From Trichoplax adhaerens (lineage: Eukaryota; Animalia; Placozoa): a DNA stretch of 64,000 bases. Of this stretch, positions 40,545-53,918 are shown in pieces. Below the pieces are notes generated by a model. The model was not told the origin of the DNA, made no database searches, and saw only the letters and a list, made by a program, of their open reading frames with translations. The position numbers and the translations under genes were made by a program. The stretch covers positions 7,670,829-7,734,828 of the forward strand of contig NW_002060946.1 in assembly GCF_000150275.1 (NCBI RefSeq), read 5' to 3'. Each line of letters opens with the position of its first letter. Positions within the stretch are counted from its first letter, which is position 1.

Positions 40545-42476
40545 ACTGATAAAATATTATAGTATTCTTAGAAATTTGCATGAGTTTATAGCTGTAAGCA
40601 CAATTGCATCTAAAAATACGAACACTTGAGTTAAAGTAAATTCAGAATAATACTATCTATTATAGCTATAATAGAGTATTTATTTGAGCAGCATGCGTGT
40701 GTTGAAGCATACAAGCAATACCTACAGCAAATCATTTTAACTTATGAGCTTGGATGGTTGCACTGCTCACGCTCTCCTAGCCATTTACTTAATTTAATTT
40801 TGGCATTGAGAACTTGTAAATATCAGACTAAATAGTAAATTTTTGTTCCATACATATCCGCATGTACCTTAGATACAGGTAGTAAATAAAATAAAAAAGA
40901 TTAAAAGGATGTCAAGGACTTAGAAAAGAATATTAAGGTATTATAGTATGACTCCATAGCCGTGCAATGTGTTGGGGGCAATTCAATGAAAAGTATACTG
41001 TGGCTGTTCAAAAAATCTATGAAGTGTTCCATTTCTTACAATTGAATTAATTCAGTGTACGGGTTCGCAATGGAAATTAATACTAAACGGAGGCTTTTAT
41101 GTATAACCGTATTCATAACGAATTCACTATAATTGCCCGTATTTTACTTAGATTTCATATAAAACGAATAGCGTAGGTAAATGAAATAAGTAAGTGGATA
41201 GAGTGTCGATAGAATGATATATAATTAATATCTGTAAATTATAAAACTTTCTTTCTTGGCCTTGTTCATATTGGTAACGTTGAGCAGCCGTACTGGTCCT
41301 GGAAAGTAAATTGAATGTAAGAAAATTAAAATACAGTAAACTGGTTACCTTGCATTAAGCTCCAGGTTACGACGTATGTTGAATAAAGGAAAAATAATAA
41401 ATTCCATCGAATACAAGATCTCCAGTATTGATGATGCCCAACGGATATTCACAACATAATAGTTACCATGACAAATATTTTTAATAATTAATCAAGGTAT
41501 AAGTAAAGTAAAGAACACCACTCACTTCTAAATTAAATTCTGAACAAAAAAGATTATGACATCAAATTTGTTGACAGTTGCGTTTTACAATGCGTGAGCA
41601 AGTTCTCTTAGTATTTTATAGAAAGCATCAACTCATTGAAAGTGGAAGAACACGGATAAGAGTTTGGGATTGCTAGCTCTTTTGAATTTCGTCACTGATA
41701 AAAAAATAATCCACCATCTGTTTTCAATGTTGTATTTAATCAATACTTTCAGGATAATATTGTATTAATCCATTAATTAAAGCAATGAATTTACATTCTA
41801 TTGGCTACTCTTAATCTTACGGTACCTCTATATCAGCTACAATTCAATAAGATGTTTAATAAGTAAAGTCTAAATAGATTTATTTGAATATCATTATATT
41901 ATTTGATAAATTTAAGATGGGTTTATTTACAGTATGTTGGTTCTTGTTGAATCAAATGAAAAACTATACTTCAACTATAAGATTCCTAGTTCGCAATCTT
42001 ATACAGCTACGAGAAACTAATATAGAAAGAGTGAATACGATATACTAAAATCAATTCAGCAGGGTGATTACGAAGTGATTAAAAGAACAAAGAAGGATGC
42101 AGCTAACTTACGTATAATCAAGGCGTTATAACAATACATTTTACATCTACATAGTTAACCTATATTTTTAATATTTATCATTAGACAAAGAAAATTAAAG
42201 TATTCTGTGCTAATGCATGCGTATAACACAAATAAATCAAAAGTTGACAGAAAGGAACAGCGTCACGATCACATTTATTTACCAGCACATTTAGTATGCT
42301 AGTCTTACTTAATATTCTGCTCCATAGAATATTCTCTAAAAATTCTGAAAATAATATAGAATCGAATCTGAAAATTGGTTATTGTCGCAGTCTGTTGCCT
42401 AATAGATCGGAAACCATCTTGTTACGAAGTATTATTAACTGGTACATTTATTATAGAAACATTTTATACCTGTAAG

Positions 42477-43424
42477 ATGGACGTAAATTCGACTGCCAAC
42501 GATTCCGTGACAAATAAAAGTGGTAATGCTGTAATTCTTCCATTAGGTGTGATTGGGGTTTTATTAAACATCGTTTTATCCATCCTTATCGTAACAGCTA
42601 AGCAACTGAAGGCTCCTGCATATATCTTTCTTACTAATTTAGCCATAGCTGACTGTATAATTTCAATTCTAGTTAGCGTGATGTATTTCCATGATAATTC
42701 GATGGTTCATCTCTCAGTATCAACGAATAATATCATTTGCAAAATTTTACATTATATCCTTACTTCTTGCTATATAGTGTCTGTCTTCAGCTTAGCACTG
42801 ATAAGCTTGTATAGACTAAGATTGATTTTAGTATCATTTAGGAATTACTTACCGTCAGGACCGTTTAAGTGGCCGAAATTAACTAGCTTGTCAATATGGT
42901 TGATTGGATTCCTCTTGTGTATTCCCATTTCATCTATTGTTCAATACGCCAAAAAGAGACTTCTTTGCGATATATCATACCCTTACGGTCAATTATTCAA
43001 TGTAATATTCTACATTTCTCTTTTTATGCTCGTCTACACTATTCCAGCAATAATTATGCTATTAGCTTATATTCGAATAGGTAAAAGACTACGAATGACT
43101 GAAGATGCAGTCATGATTTTTAGATCCAATCAGACCGTTCACGGTCATAGAGCCAATACGGCCGTCAGGTTTCTCTCTATTGCTACTACTATCTACATGC
43201 TTTTTTCTTGGCCCTTCTTAACTTCTTCTATAGCGGTCTCCATTATGAATACAACGTTAAGTCATGTTTACGAAATGTCAGCTGTTGGACCAGTCTTACT
43301 TACGACTTCGTATACAATGACATTCCTAGTCAGCATCATCAATCCAATTTTGTATATAGTGTATGATAAAAACATTAGATATCAACTTCAAAGAGTACTG
43401 TCTAAATACATTTACTTAAAATAA
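42477..43424 (+). CDS. Intronless class A GPCR, 315 aa from the first ATG
   Basis: ATG at 42477 (MDVNSTANDS) gives an N-terminus as long as those of the paralogues. NLAIAD, SLYRL, CDISYPYG, YTIP, SWP, INPILY, DKNIR. Confidence 0.93.
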   Translation: MDVNSTANDSVTNKSGNAVILPLGVIGVLLNIVLSILIVTAKQLKAPAYIFLTNLAIADCIISILVSVMYFHDNSMVHLSVSTNNIICKILHYILTSCYIVSVFSLALISLYRLRLILVSFRNYLPSGPFKWPKLTSLSIWLIGFLLCIPISSIVQYAKKRLLCDISYPYGQLFNVIFYISLFMLVYTIPAIIMLLAYIRIGKRLRMTEDAVMIFRSNQTVHGHRANTAVRFLSIATTIYMLFSWPFLTSSIAVSIMNTTLSHVYEMSAVGPVLLTTSYTMTFLVSIINPILYIVYDKNIRYQLQRVLSKYIYLK

Positions 43425-44005
43425 TATAGATAAATAAATTTCTAATATGGTTATGGTATTTGATGGAATAGTATTAGAAAATTCTCTGAGCTAATCATGT
43501 ATGATGAAGAATTAAGAAACAACTTTAGATTAATCGTAGTATTTGATACGATTATTTAAAAAATTGATTAGGTTTATCTCATTTCGGTCATAATTTGTTT
43601 AGTTTTGGAATTTATCGATGTCAATATTATTGAAAATGGTATCATAAGTAACTTTCCATAGACAGCAAATCTAACAACGAATTCCAAGTTTGAACTTTAA
43701 CCACCGTATGAGCCTTTCGAATCTCTAAGCTGTGAATCTTTCTGAAATCCGTAACGCTACCGTGATTTTAAAACTTTCGAACCCCAAAATTTCAATCTAT
43801 ACCTGTCCTATAATTAATTATTAATAATTTTTTAAATTTATTTATATCATGCAAACTATTAGAAATTAAAATATTATTATCGGCTATTAATTTAAGAAGT
43901 ATCATAATAAAATTATCGTTTGATCGTTTAAGTCACTAACTTTAGATGCTTCGTGAGGTTTTAATTCTGATAGCGATATTTTTAATGGTAAGTTTAGGTT
44001 AGTAA

Positions 44006-44945
44006 TATCTATACATTTATTTATATTAACATGTATAGGGCATCACCGTAGGCTAATTACTTGAGTACAATGAATGCTGTCCATGTTGATTATTATACGC
44101 GCACTTCTATTACGGATTACTTCTTGGGAAGCTTACTAGTCTAAGGTATCACACTAACTTTGAGTTGCTTCTAAGAATTACTATCTTAATCTGTTGTAAG
44201 GTTTAGTAAGATTATAGTAATATAGCAAGATCAATTAAAAGCCATCTTTTTAAAAATGCTCACAATCAGTAAATACACTGTACTGTAATCTGTAAATCAG
44301 CTTCATTTAGTGAACCCACTATTCACTATTTTCTCACAAAATTAAATGGTATAAGCCAACAAATATACCTACGAATAAATAAATTTCTTAAGAAATAAAT
44401 ATCAGATACACTTTAATGAGGTAATTAGATAAAAGGATGCAATTATTTATGAAAAATTATCTTATCTAAATTATGGGCGCCATCGCAAAGCCTTATTGGC
44501 CAGTAGTACAATCACATTATAAATGACGTTCTTAATTTTCATTTTTAAATAAAGCGCGAGTGATATTGCAGTGCTATAGCCTATTAATTCGTGTACTCGT
44601 AAGTACAATAAATCGTAGCATTTCCTATATTACTGTAGAACCTACATACTTTAAGTATTATTCTCAGCTATAATCAGCATTGCAACATTCTATCATTTTC
44701 TATACGTATTTAGATTATTATATATATATGATTTACAACTGTACTTCTATTCTTAACTGTAACTTTAATAGTAAGCCCATACACTACTGTATACTGTTAT
44801 CTGTGATCTAGTATAGAATCTTCCAGTACAGTGCATAGTTGCGAACTTCTAATTATGTCTTAAGATAAATATAGAAAGCTACGCCACCATACATCATAAT
44901 AAACACGGCTAATTGTCCACAATCCCAATACTAAGTTATGTTACA
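44006..44945. mobile_element. Degenerate LTR-like element (family D body with a family C-like terminus)
   Basis: Right end 44850-44945 matches the family C terminus (..caatactaagttatgttaca) and the body matches 36245-36770. Candidate TSD AGTAA (44001-44005 / 44946-44950); the left boundary is tentative. Confidence 0.5.
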
Positions 44946-46896
44946 AGTAATTAATATACTAGACCTGTATCACAGCATTTTAATAGAGTAACCAAGTTTT
45001 CTAAAGTGTATTTAATAATCCCGAGTGATTTCATAAGTACTTATGGTGCTGTCGGTATCGATATGCTGGAATCCCCAAAAATCAATTTAATCCTTTTTCA
45101 AGCTATAGATAATGCAAACTAAAGTTTTTATATATTAACAATTTAGAATTATTGGTAAAATTAAAAGAAATTGAAGTGAACATTTTCAATCAAACAATAA
45201 TAGAATTTAAATAACTTTTTGACTTTAAGTAACTAAGAATGAAAATGTGGAAAGAGTTAATAATTGATAATTATGAGAAAAACACAAAGACATTACATTT
45301 CCGTTCTAGTTAATTTAAGTAAAATTTTTCAAATAATGACGAAAATATGTTATATACAATTCTGAAATCTTTATGAAATCGCATATTTTAAAGTACGTTC
45401 TATAAACTATCGTCGTTCTTCAATACAGTATTATAGAATTATTGATAGCTTTTATATATCACAGCACAGCAATGATGAAATAACCATAATTTATTGAATT
45501 AGCAACTACAGCATTTCATTTTTTAACTGCAGTTCGCCTAAAGGCAATTTCTATGGAATTGTTTTACAGCTATCAAATTCCAATAAATATTTCATTTCTC
45601 AGAATATCAAAATAAAATTGATCATAAGAGTTTTCTATCGATCTGATGTAACGGCTATCTGGTTTTCAAGTTTAAAATTTCTAGTATTAGCGATTTAAGA
45701 AAGAATACCATATCAAGAGTATCCTGGAATGTTATTTATGACAAACAATAGGTCACTATATAGTTTACAGGACTAAAGTACACGACGCAGCCGTTTGCAG
45801 ATATAGAATTTACAAATAAAACAGTGCTCTTAGCTATTTTTAACTATAAAAGAAGGTATATTTTCGATTGGTTACTCCAGTATTTTAGAAAATGTGCTTA
45901 AAATATGCTTAAATATAAGGCATTGTTACTGAGTAACTTTTGTAAAGTTGTCGTAATTTGGTTCCTATATAACATAACTCACCTGGAGAGGTGTTTATAT
46001 TAAATTATCTATGGCATTTTACGCATTTAATAAGATAATCGTATGGTTTTGTAATATTATCTAAGTACTAATAACTAATGATAACGCTTTAAAGTTTGAG
46101 TTCAGTTACGTCTGAAGAGAGATTATTTATTAATTAGTGATGTTACTTTTCCTTCTGACAACAGAAGATTGCCAGTATTCAAAGTCGCTGCAGGTAAATG
46201 TCAGGGAGGACAAGCCTTACAGTAAGTTCTTAGTATTGAATTTCTGTATTAGCCCAATTTTGTCACGTTACAAATTTCTATTTATAGCGATTGTATAATT
46301 ATTTACCATGGATTTTACCTTTTAAAAGTTTATTTTTGTTAAGATCTTTTATTCGTATGATCATTAATGAAGATGAAGGAAATAGTCATAACGTTTAGAA
46401 ATGTGAAATCATTTTGTTTTTATTAACTGAGTCGTATGCCTTAATTAAACAAAGCACATTTATCAAGTTCCTCATAATGTTATAATTAAAAGCTTTCATT
46501 TACTGATTTTGCTAAAGATAAGATTAAAACTTCAAGAAGGTTAAGGTCTTATTCTTAGCAAAAATTGACGTAAACTATAAACTAGTTCTTTTGGATATAA
46601 AGTATTTCCGGTTTACTCGAAGCTGCAAAAAATTTGTTCTTAAGTCATCATTTTGTCTGAAAGTAATGCACTTTAATTTAAATTCATGAAAATGCTATAT
46701 AACAGTATATAGAACGCGATTGCTAAACATATTTTCTGTATTGTTTAAATAACAAGCTTCCTATCACGTCTGGTACAAGCCGAATTAAATTGTTTAGTTA
46801 ATTTTTAAACTATGTTTGCAGCTATTCACTATTGATTCACGAGCAAGCAAATGAATATTGTTAGCCATATCCAATCCAATGATATAGATATCCATT

Positions 46897-47397
46897 TGTG
46901 ATGAAGTGTCTTCTCAAAAATATAACAAAAACTACAGTTTCTTGCAAACTTCACTTTATGACATAAGATTATGTTCCACTTACTACTAACAAGGACTATT
47001 TAATTACAATCAGGCTATCTCTGAACTATATAAATTATCACAGCAATATTCACTGTTGATACAAAATTAATTACACAACGATTTTCTTTCAAGCACAATC
47101 ATATCTTAACAATTAAGCAGCAAGTTCATGTTTGAATTTGCTATCACGCTATCAATTCATAATTTGTGCTTCTAATTAAAACGTCACAATACAAATCGCA
47201 CAGCACTAACATAAGTGGAACAATCTATTATTATCTCAAAATCTTAATATAAGCATCTCAATACAATTACTACAATACCTGCTATAAACGTTTTACACGA
47301 TTAGATACTTGTGCAGTCTTATAACGTAGCTTACAATTTAGCCTATTCTCGTACAATCTTGAATCGTAATCTAAGCTGTATTTGGGGCTCCACTACA
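46897..47397 (-). mobile_element. Family B-related solo LTR-like element
   Basis: TGTGATG...CACTACA, near-perfect TSD ccatt / tcatt. Ends are homologous to 8852-9268 and to 54503-54585. Confidence 0.75.
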
Positions 47398-48956
47398 TCA
47401 TTAATAAAATGCTTAAAAGTAATATATTATAATTATAAATGAAATATACGGAGCCGCCATTTGATCTATGGTAATTCAATGGATTATCAACAATATAAGC
47501 AGCAACCAAATTAATTACAGCTTTAAGAAATTTGTAAGCTTAAAGAATATTTCTTTCATTTAATAATCGCAATATAAAAACGTAAGATCTCGGGCGAAAT
47601 TCAGTTAAATTACCATTTCTGCTTAGAGATTAGGTCCTAATTAATACTATATACATGCACTGGTAACTGTTACTAACGATTAGAGAATAGAATAGTAGAA
47701 TTAAGTGGCTGGATTTAGTTTATCGTTGAGACACTCACAAACAGGAAAAAATTTTGCATTGATGAACTAAAATGTTCATTTAAATTATGCTGTACCACAA
47801 ATGTGATCCTTGCCCAATCTATATTACAAGTATTCCTTCATCGTCTAGCCCTTATGCAACGTACTTACCTCTTTAAACCACACTAATACATTGGAATCCT
47901 ATTCTATTGATGCCCTATTTTCTACTTCAGTTCCGCAAGTATAAATGGAAATACGAAATATTGATAATATCGTGATAAAAGCCATCGGCGACAATCAGTC
48001 ATAAGACAGAGAATACTATTTCTATCTGTATGGCCACAGTAAATACCGCAAGAGACGAAAAATACTATTGCATAAGGAAGCATTTTAGACTAGGTATATT
48101 ATAAATGAATTGATTAATCTAAAAGATGTAGAAAATGCAATTTCGAAGTATGTCACTTTGAGGTATTTATGTAACTTGTAATAAGACAAAACTCAATCCT
48201 TATTACTGAAATTGTTTGAAAGAGTTGTAGATTTCGATTTACCTAGGGTTTGTGGTTGTATATGATTTAATTACGAAATAAAATCCATAATTAATGCATA
48301 CCGATTGTTAAGGCTATGCCGTACTGCATATTGTATTTATAGTATTCTGCATACCTACATAATGAATTATCATTACTATCGTTAATTTCAGTGTAGTATG
48401 CGTAGAGCATATATTAGAGTAAGAGAGTTACAGTGAGCTCATACAATTTATGTAACGTATCGAGTTCGTAATACACTACCGTTTCAACAATCATAGTGAT
48501 TAGATATAGATATTCAGGAAAACATCGAATCTAATCACATGCTATGACATTAACACAATAAGTAACTGGAATTTATCTAGTGACTGCTGCTGTAGAGAGG
48601 AAAGGTAAAGTAGACTACCACTAGGACAATTTTAATCATTAAGGATGCTGTTAAGTAACGCTGCACATTGCATACTGTACAGTACAGTACACGAGACAGT
48701 ACGTATTTACTTAGTATAGCACTATAGAAAAAGTAGATTAAGTTAGTGAACATAGTTTGTAAATATTGTAAATATCAATTTTATTAATAGAGAACTTGTA
48801 GCTATATTATTAATATTTTATCTATTCATACAGGTTACAGCTTATATTTCAGCGCATAATACGAAATCTTAGCGTAATAGCAATCTGAAATATTCATTGA
48901 TTAGTCAGAATGAAATTGCTTCTACTGTAAGAGTACTAGTTTATAATTAATTATAA

Positions 48957-51900
48957 TTATAAATTACAATTCCATCCGCAAAGCATATCGGCTACAATAT
49001 TTAAGCGATCCTGACCAAATATTAGAGTACCGTCGTTGACTTGAAAAGCGGGTACACCGAACGCTCCAGCTTTTAAGGCGCTAGTTAATGAATTAATTAT
49101 TAATGATAGATGAGTTAATACGACATAGTCAGATACGCGTAAATACTGATATTGATAAATTTGAGTTCATAAAGTTGTTATCCTACCGAGACATATTTTG
49201 TGCAAACTGATCTTTGATATTATCTTCTTCAGCTTTTGATAGAATGTCTTTAGCGTCATACCCAGCTTCTTCTATAACCTCAGCAACTACCTATTTGACA
49301 CGAATTGAAACTGAATTTTGTTTACAGTTGCATAGATAACTTCTATACGAGATAGCATTTCTAATTTAATAACCTTATCATCACTTAAATCACGATCTGC
49401 TGTCCAAAGCTCTTGAACTAGTTTCCAAGTCGATAATAATAATAAGATTTACAGCGGTATATGTATTAAATGGATTGGTAACATAAAATATGGCAAAACA
49501 GGATATATGCTAGTGTATGAGTAATTCACGATTTGCTAGCTTACATATTTTTCTACGTAAATCTGCAGCATCGTTAACGAGAATCGCACGAAGCGTAGTG
49601 GTAGATATGTATGGAAACTTTGAGTTAAACTTGAATGGCATACCACCGCGGAGCGCTATTTGCATTTGCATGTCTCTACCGGTGGCTTTTAAAAAAGCTG
49701 GATTAGCAGCATCCAGAGCTGCCTCCTTTTTATAAGCATATCAATAACTTTCAGATTTAATTTGATATCAAAATTGCAAAGTTATTTTGCAATATTCTTC
49801 GGTATCAACTTACAACTGGTGCTTTGTTTGCTTGGATTAAACCTGGTAGCGACACAGGTACCCATTCTACATCTACAGTTACAGGCTTTAATTGTTCTAC
49901 CAAACGTTCGATCTAAGTTTTTAGAACCATTTATATTGCAAATTTATTTATTCGTTTAAAAACGAAAAAAATTTAAGCAAAACTAATTTACCGCAACGGC
50001 TGCTATATAACTCCATGGGCTCACGAAATCGTAATAAAATGTAAGTTTAGCTCTATGACCAGGAGTCGCTGAACTTGGTAATCTTAGTCTCAATTCTGAG
50101 GCTTGATTATTGCCCAGTTCTCTTTCTACAAAATGTAATCGATCAGGTCCAAAATATATTTTGCGGGAGACACGAAAGCTAAGTAAAGTACATTATAATG
50201 GCATTAATAACAACAAATATAAATACGTATATGTGCGTTGCAGTGATGAATGCAATAGAAAGATGAACTTTTATCAAGATATTACCATGGTACACGAAAT
50301 ATACCAAGTTTATTTGCTTCTTCATTAAGTTTTTTCAACGGCTCTTCGCCTCTAGCTATCTGTTGCTGTACATTTAAGCTCAATCCTGCTTCCTTAGCAA
50401 TATTCTCCAGTACCTAACATAATAATGGCATCAAAATATCAACGCCTTATCATCTAATGATATTATGATGGTTTGTAACAATGTTAAATTAAGTCTTTAA
50501 TTTCAAAGCCAGGTACCGATAGCTACAATTCATGTTGAAGGGTATATTTGTTACTAACACTAAATCTCTTTAGAAGATAGACATCTCGCATCGTAAATCC
50601 TGTAATTCTACCTTACTATCTTGAATATCACAATCTTTTAGCCAATAGTGAGAGAATAAAGCCAACGATAGCTTTTCTCTGTCCCCGTTATTATCTATAG
50701 AAGCTAATAGCTTCTGCGGTGTACCATCTTGATCTTCATATCGAGGAGAGCGATTGATTGGAACATTATATCGTTCACACATCATTTTTAGATCTTTAAA
50801 TTTTTAGATAATACGAGGTTTATTAGTAACAGTATGCGGTAATCTTTAGATGGTAAGATTTCAAGTTGATCTATTATAGCAAAGTTTAGGGAAGGAACTA
50901 TTAACTGTATATATGAGTATGGATATTATATTGTGTTATTGATTGATAACCTGAACGAACAATATCATTGCTAAGTTCGGTAAACCGGAAACACAATTTT
51001 AATGATTTGCATTATACAATTAACTAAAATCTATATTTTCATAAATACTACGCAAACGTGATGTTAAAGATTGCAGCATGCTTGCGCGTAAGTTATGTTT
51101 TAATCATTCTACCTCTTTCCATCCAAACTTTCTTTGCGGAACAATCACCTTTAACTATAGGTGATCCAACACCGGCGCGATCCTTAATAGAGTCTGGAAT
51201 CAAAGAAATTTACAATTTGTTTTAGTTCTGTGTCATTACGATTTTATTCGTAAATATTTAGGCGGATGTTGAATAAGTATATTCATGACCGTACGAGTGC
51301 AGTAGTTATTACATTTTCAGTAGGACTACTAAAGTGATTATAATTATTGCCAACTATATTCAACTTGTTATAAAGCAAAATTGATTCTGTAGCAAGCAGG
51401 ATAATTTCGAAGTGATACCGTAAAAGTGAGGTTTTACATAGTAGCAAGAATCGATCGTATTGTAATGGGGGTTACATCGTCCATGAAATTATTTTAAAAG
51501 AGTAAAAATGATAGGTATTAAAAATTTAACTTTTAGCTACAATCTCACCGTAGATATTATACTTTACTGTACATTCCTGATTATCAAAGCATAAGAAGCA
51601 CAGTTTTTCTTCAAAATTTTAGACGTAGTACGTTCTAAGTAATTCTAATAATTCTCATTACTGCATTTCATTCGGCATACAGTATTGCTGTGACCACCAA
51701 AACGATTCTATTTATAATTCGATTTACCGTAACTAAAAGAAGTTATAATATGCCACTACCAGGGACTACTGAAGAGAGAAGACATACGGTTATGAAGCTA
51801 TCTTATATGTACTATATTACGATCATTTATCATTACGTTATCAATCCAAGCTAATAGAGATAAATCTATTACTGTACGTGAAAATAAAATCTTGGCAGCA

Positions 51901-52577
51901 ACTGTTTTGCGGTATGAACTGCATGAGTATTCCTTTGCAAGAGCATTGCTATTCAGATCAGTAGCAGATTAAATTACTGAAGGTGCTGCCATAATTTTAG
52001 GATATAAATTTTTCCGTGATGTATCATAACACCGTATTACAAAGACACTCGAATAGATTATTTGCTTTATTTTATTGCTGTAGATGTTACATAGAAGTTG
52101 TGATGTAATCGCAGAGAGAGCAACGAAAGTAAAGTAGGGCTAAGTAGTTTATTAATTTAGCACTACTCAGACAATATCTTAGCGCTATAGTAGCATACCG
52201 AAGAAGCATATTAATTAATTATATTATCAACTACTGTACCGTACACTATAGAAATAAATCTGATCGGGAACTACTTGAGAAATAAGTAATCTCTGGCTCT
52301 ACTCGATGTAGTCATGATCGCAGTTCAGATGTCGTCCATCGTATTTAAACTGTTTACTAGCAGGAGAAAATAAAAATTTTGTGATGTGGAGAGGAATATC
52401 AAGCACATCGATTCTATCAAATTAGAAGATATGTGGCTCGCACTTTGCATTACCTAAATAAATTGGCATCCATTGAATTTTTATCGGATTTTCTCGGGGT
52501 ATGGAACGGAAAGCAGAAACTGCTAAATAGGAAAATGGGCAAGCAATATCATAATAAAACTCGACCTCGCTAGCCAT
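48957..52577 (-). CDS. Tandem double DSBA / kappa-class GST (HCCA-isomerase-like) protein, gene 1; 10 exons, 417 aa
   Basis: Exons 52577-52454, 51193-51113, 50793-50612, 50413-50286, 50178-49992, 49912-49814, 49725-49545, 49417-49374, 49290-49187, 49080-48957. All introns GT-AG; 1254 nt open. Domain 1: VEFYYDIACPFSY..WMPIYL..GIFRVPCF..FGPDRLHFVE. Domain 2: LTFYYDFVSPWSY..WVPV..GAFGVPAF..FGQDRL. Confidence 0.9.
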
Positions 52578-53918
52578 CTTTGCTTTCAGTCCTGCATCTG
52601 CATACGGATTCTCAAATTGTAACAATAATACGATGACACAGTCGATGCTTAATTTATTGCAGACGTAGTCATGTTTACTGTTAAGTGTTTACACTTATTT
52701 CCTGTAGTCTAAAGTATAGTATTGTGAATACAGTTAGTACTTTATCTATTGTTACTCGTATAATCGAACTTTAAAAATAATATCATATGATTATGATTCT
52801 TTTTGGACTTTGGACATCTTTGACCTTCTACTAAGATGTCGAGGACATGTGATACAATCACATGAGTAGTATAACACCATGACTGAACTGTAAACATGGT
52901 TCTTCTAGTACTGTATACGTGTCTATCTGTATGCAATATGCACATTTGTCAAAGTACAAATACACCATAAATAATGACATACAGTAGATTAAGTATTTAT
53001 GTCGTAATAGATTTCTGCCTATATAAGTTCGGTTGACTAAACTTTTTTATCATTGAGGTTTAATTTTACCTGTTGCTCGTTAATAACTGATTTTGTAGTT
53101 TTTACGAGTAAAATAGCGTTGATCGTATTAGTTAGAATAAAGTAAAAGTAGCTCAATATTCTGAAGTTTGCCTGTGTGACTGCAGTGCAGGAGGGTAGTT
53201 TTATGCTAAAACTAAAATAGTAGTTGATAGTAGTAAATTAGAAGAGCAGAATACTTTGCTTTATCCTTGTCAGGAGAGTAGCCCGTGACAACAGTAGACA
53301 GTATAACATTTACAATATAGCACAGTCAGGAACTTCTAAGCAGAAACATGCATGCAAAATAAAAAGTACGAGTACAGTAAGCAAAATACAGTTTAACGAG
53401 CGATGCATCGACTAGTCGAAATTAATGCACATTATACAGTACTGATTCTAAACCTATCTTTATCAGTAGCAGCATCAACACAACAGATATCAATCAAAAT
53501 CAGTACGGGAACCTTAAAAAGGCATATCAGAGCATCTATGCTGCAGACTACCCGCTCGGCAATTTTAACCTTAAAGATGTTGTAGAACCTTATGTTAAGA
53601 TCTTTTCGTGTTTAGTTCCTAGTTCGTCACTGTTTCATTCGTATATTTATCCTACATCTACAATCTACAATGTCAAGAAAGATTGTAGACCTTCCTTGTT
53701 AAATATATGTCTGATTTTCTTGCAATAAGATTAAAAGAATTCGCTCCAGTATACAGATCATAACTACTGGTACAACCATGAACTACTACAGTATATCTAC
53801 ATTGTACAGAGAAATAATGGTGCACTGTACGGGACGGTATAGTTCAGTTCCAGTATTATAGCATGTCATAACTTTGCACATTTTTATATTATGGTACCTA
53901 AAGTCAACGATTATTGTC

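Noticed and set aside
42375-42476. TTG-initiated N-terminal extensions of GPCR4 (and GPCR2 at 25430)
   Set aside because: Eukaryotic context; the first ATG gives N-termini matching the paralogues.
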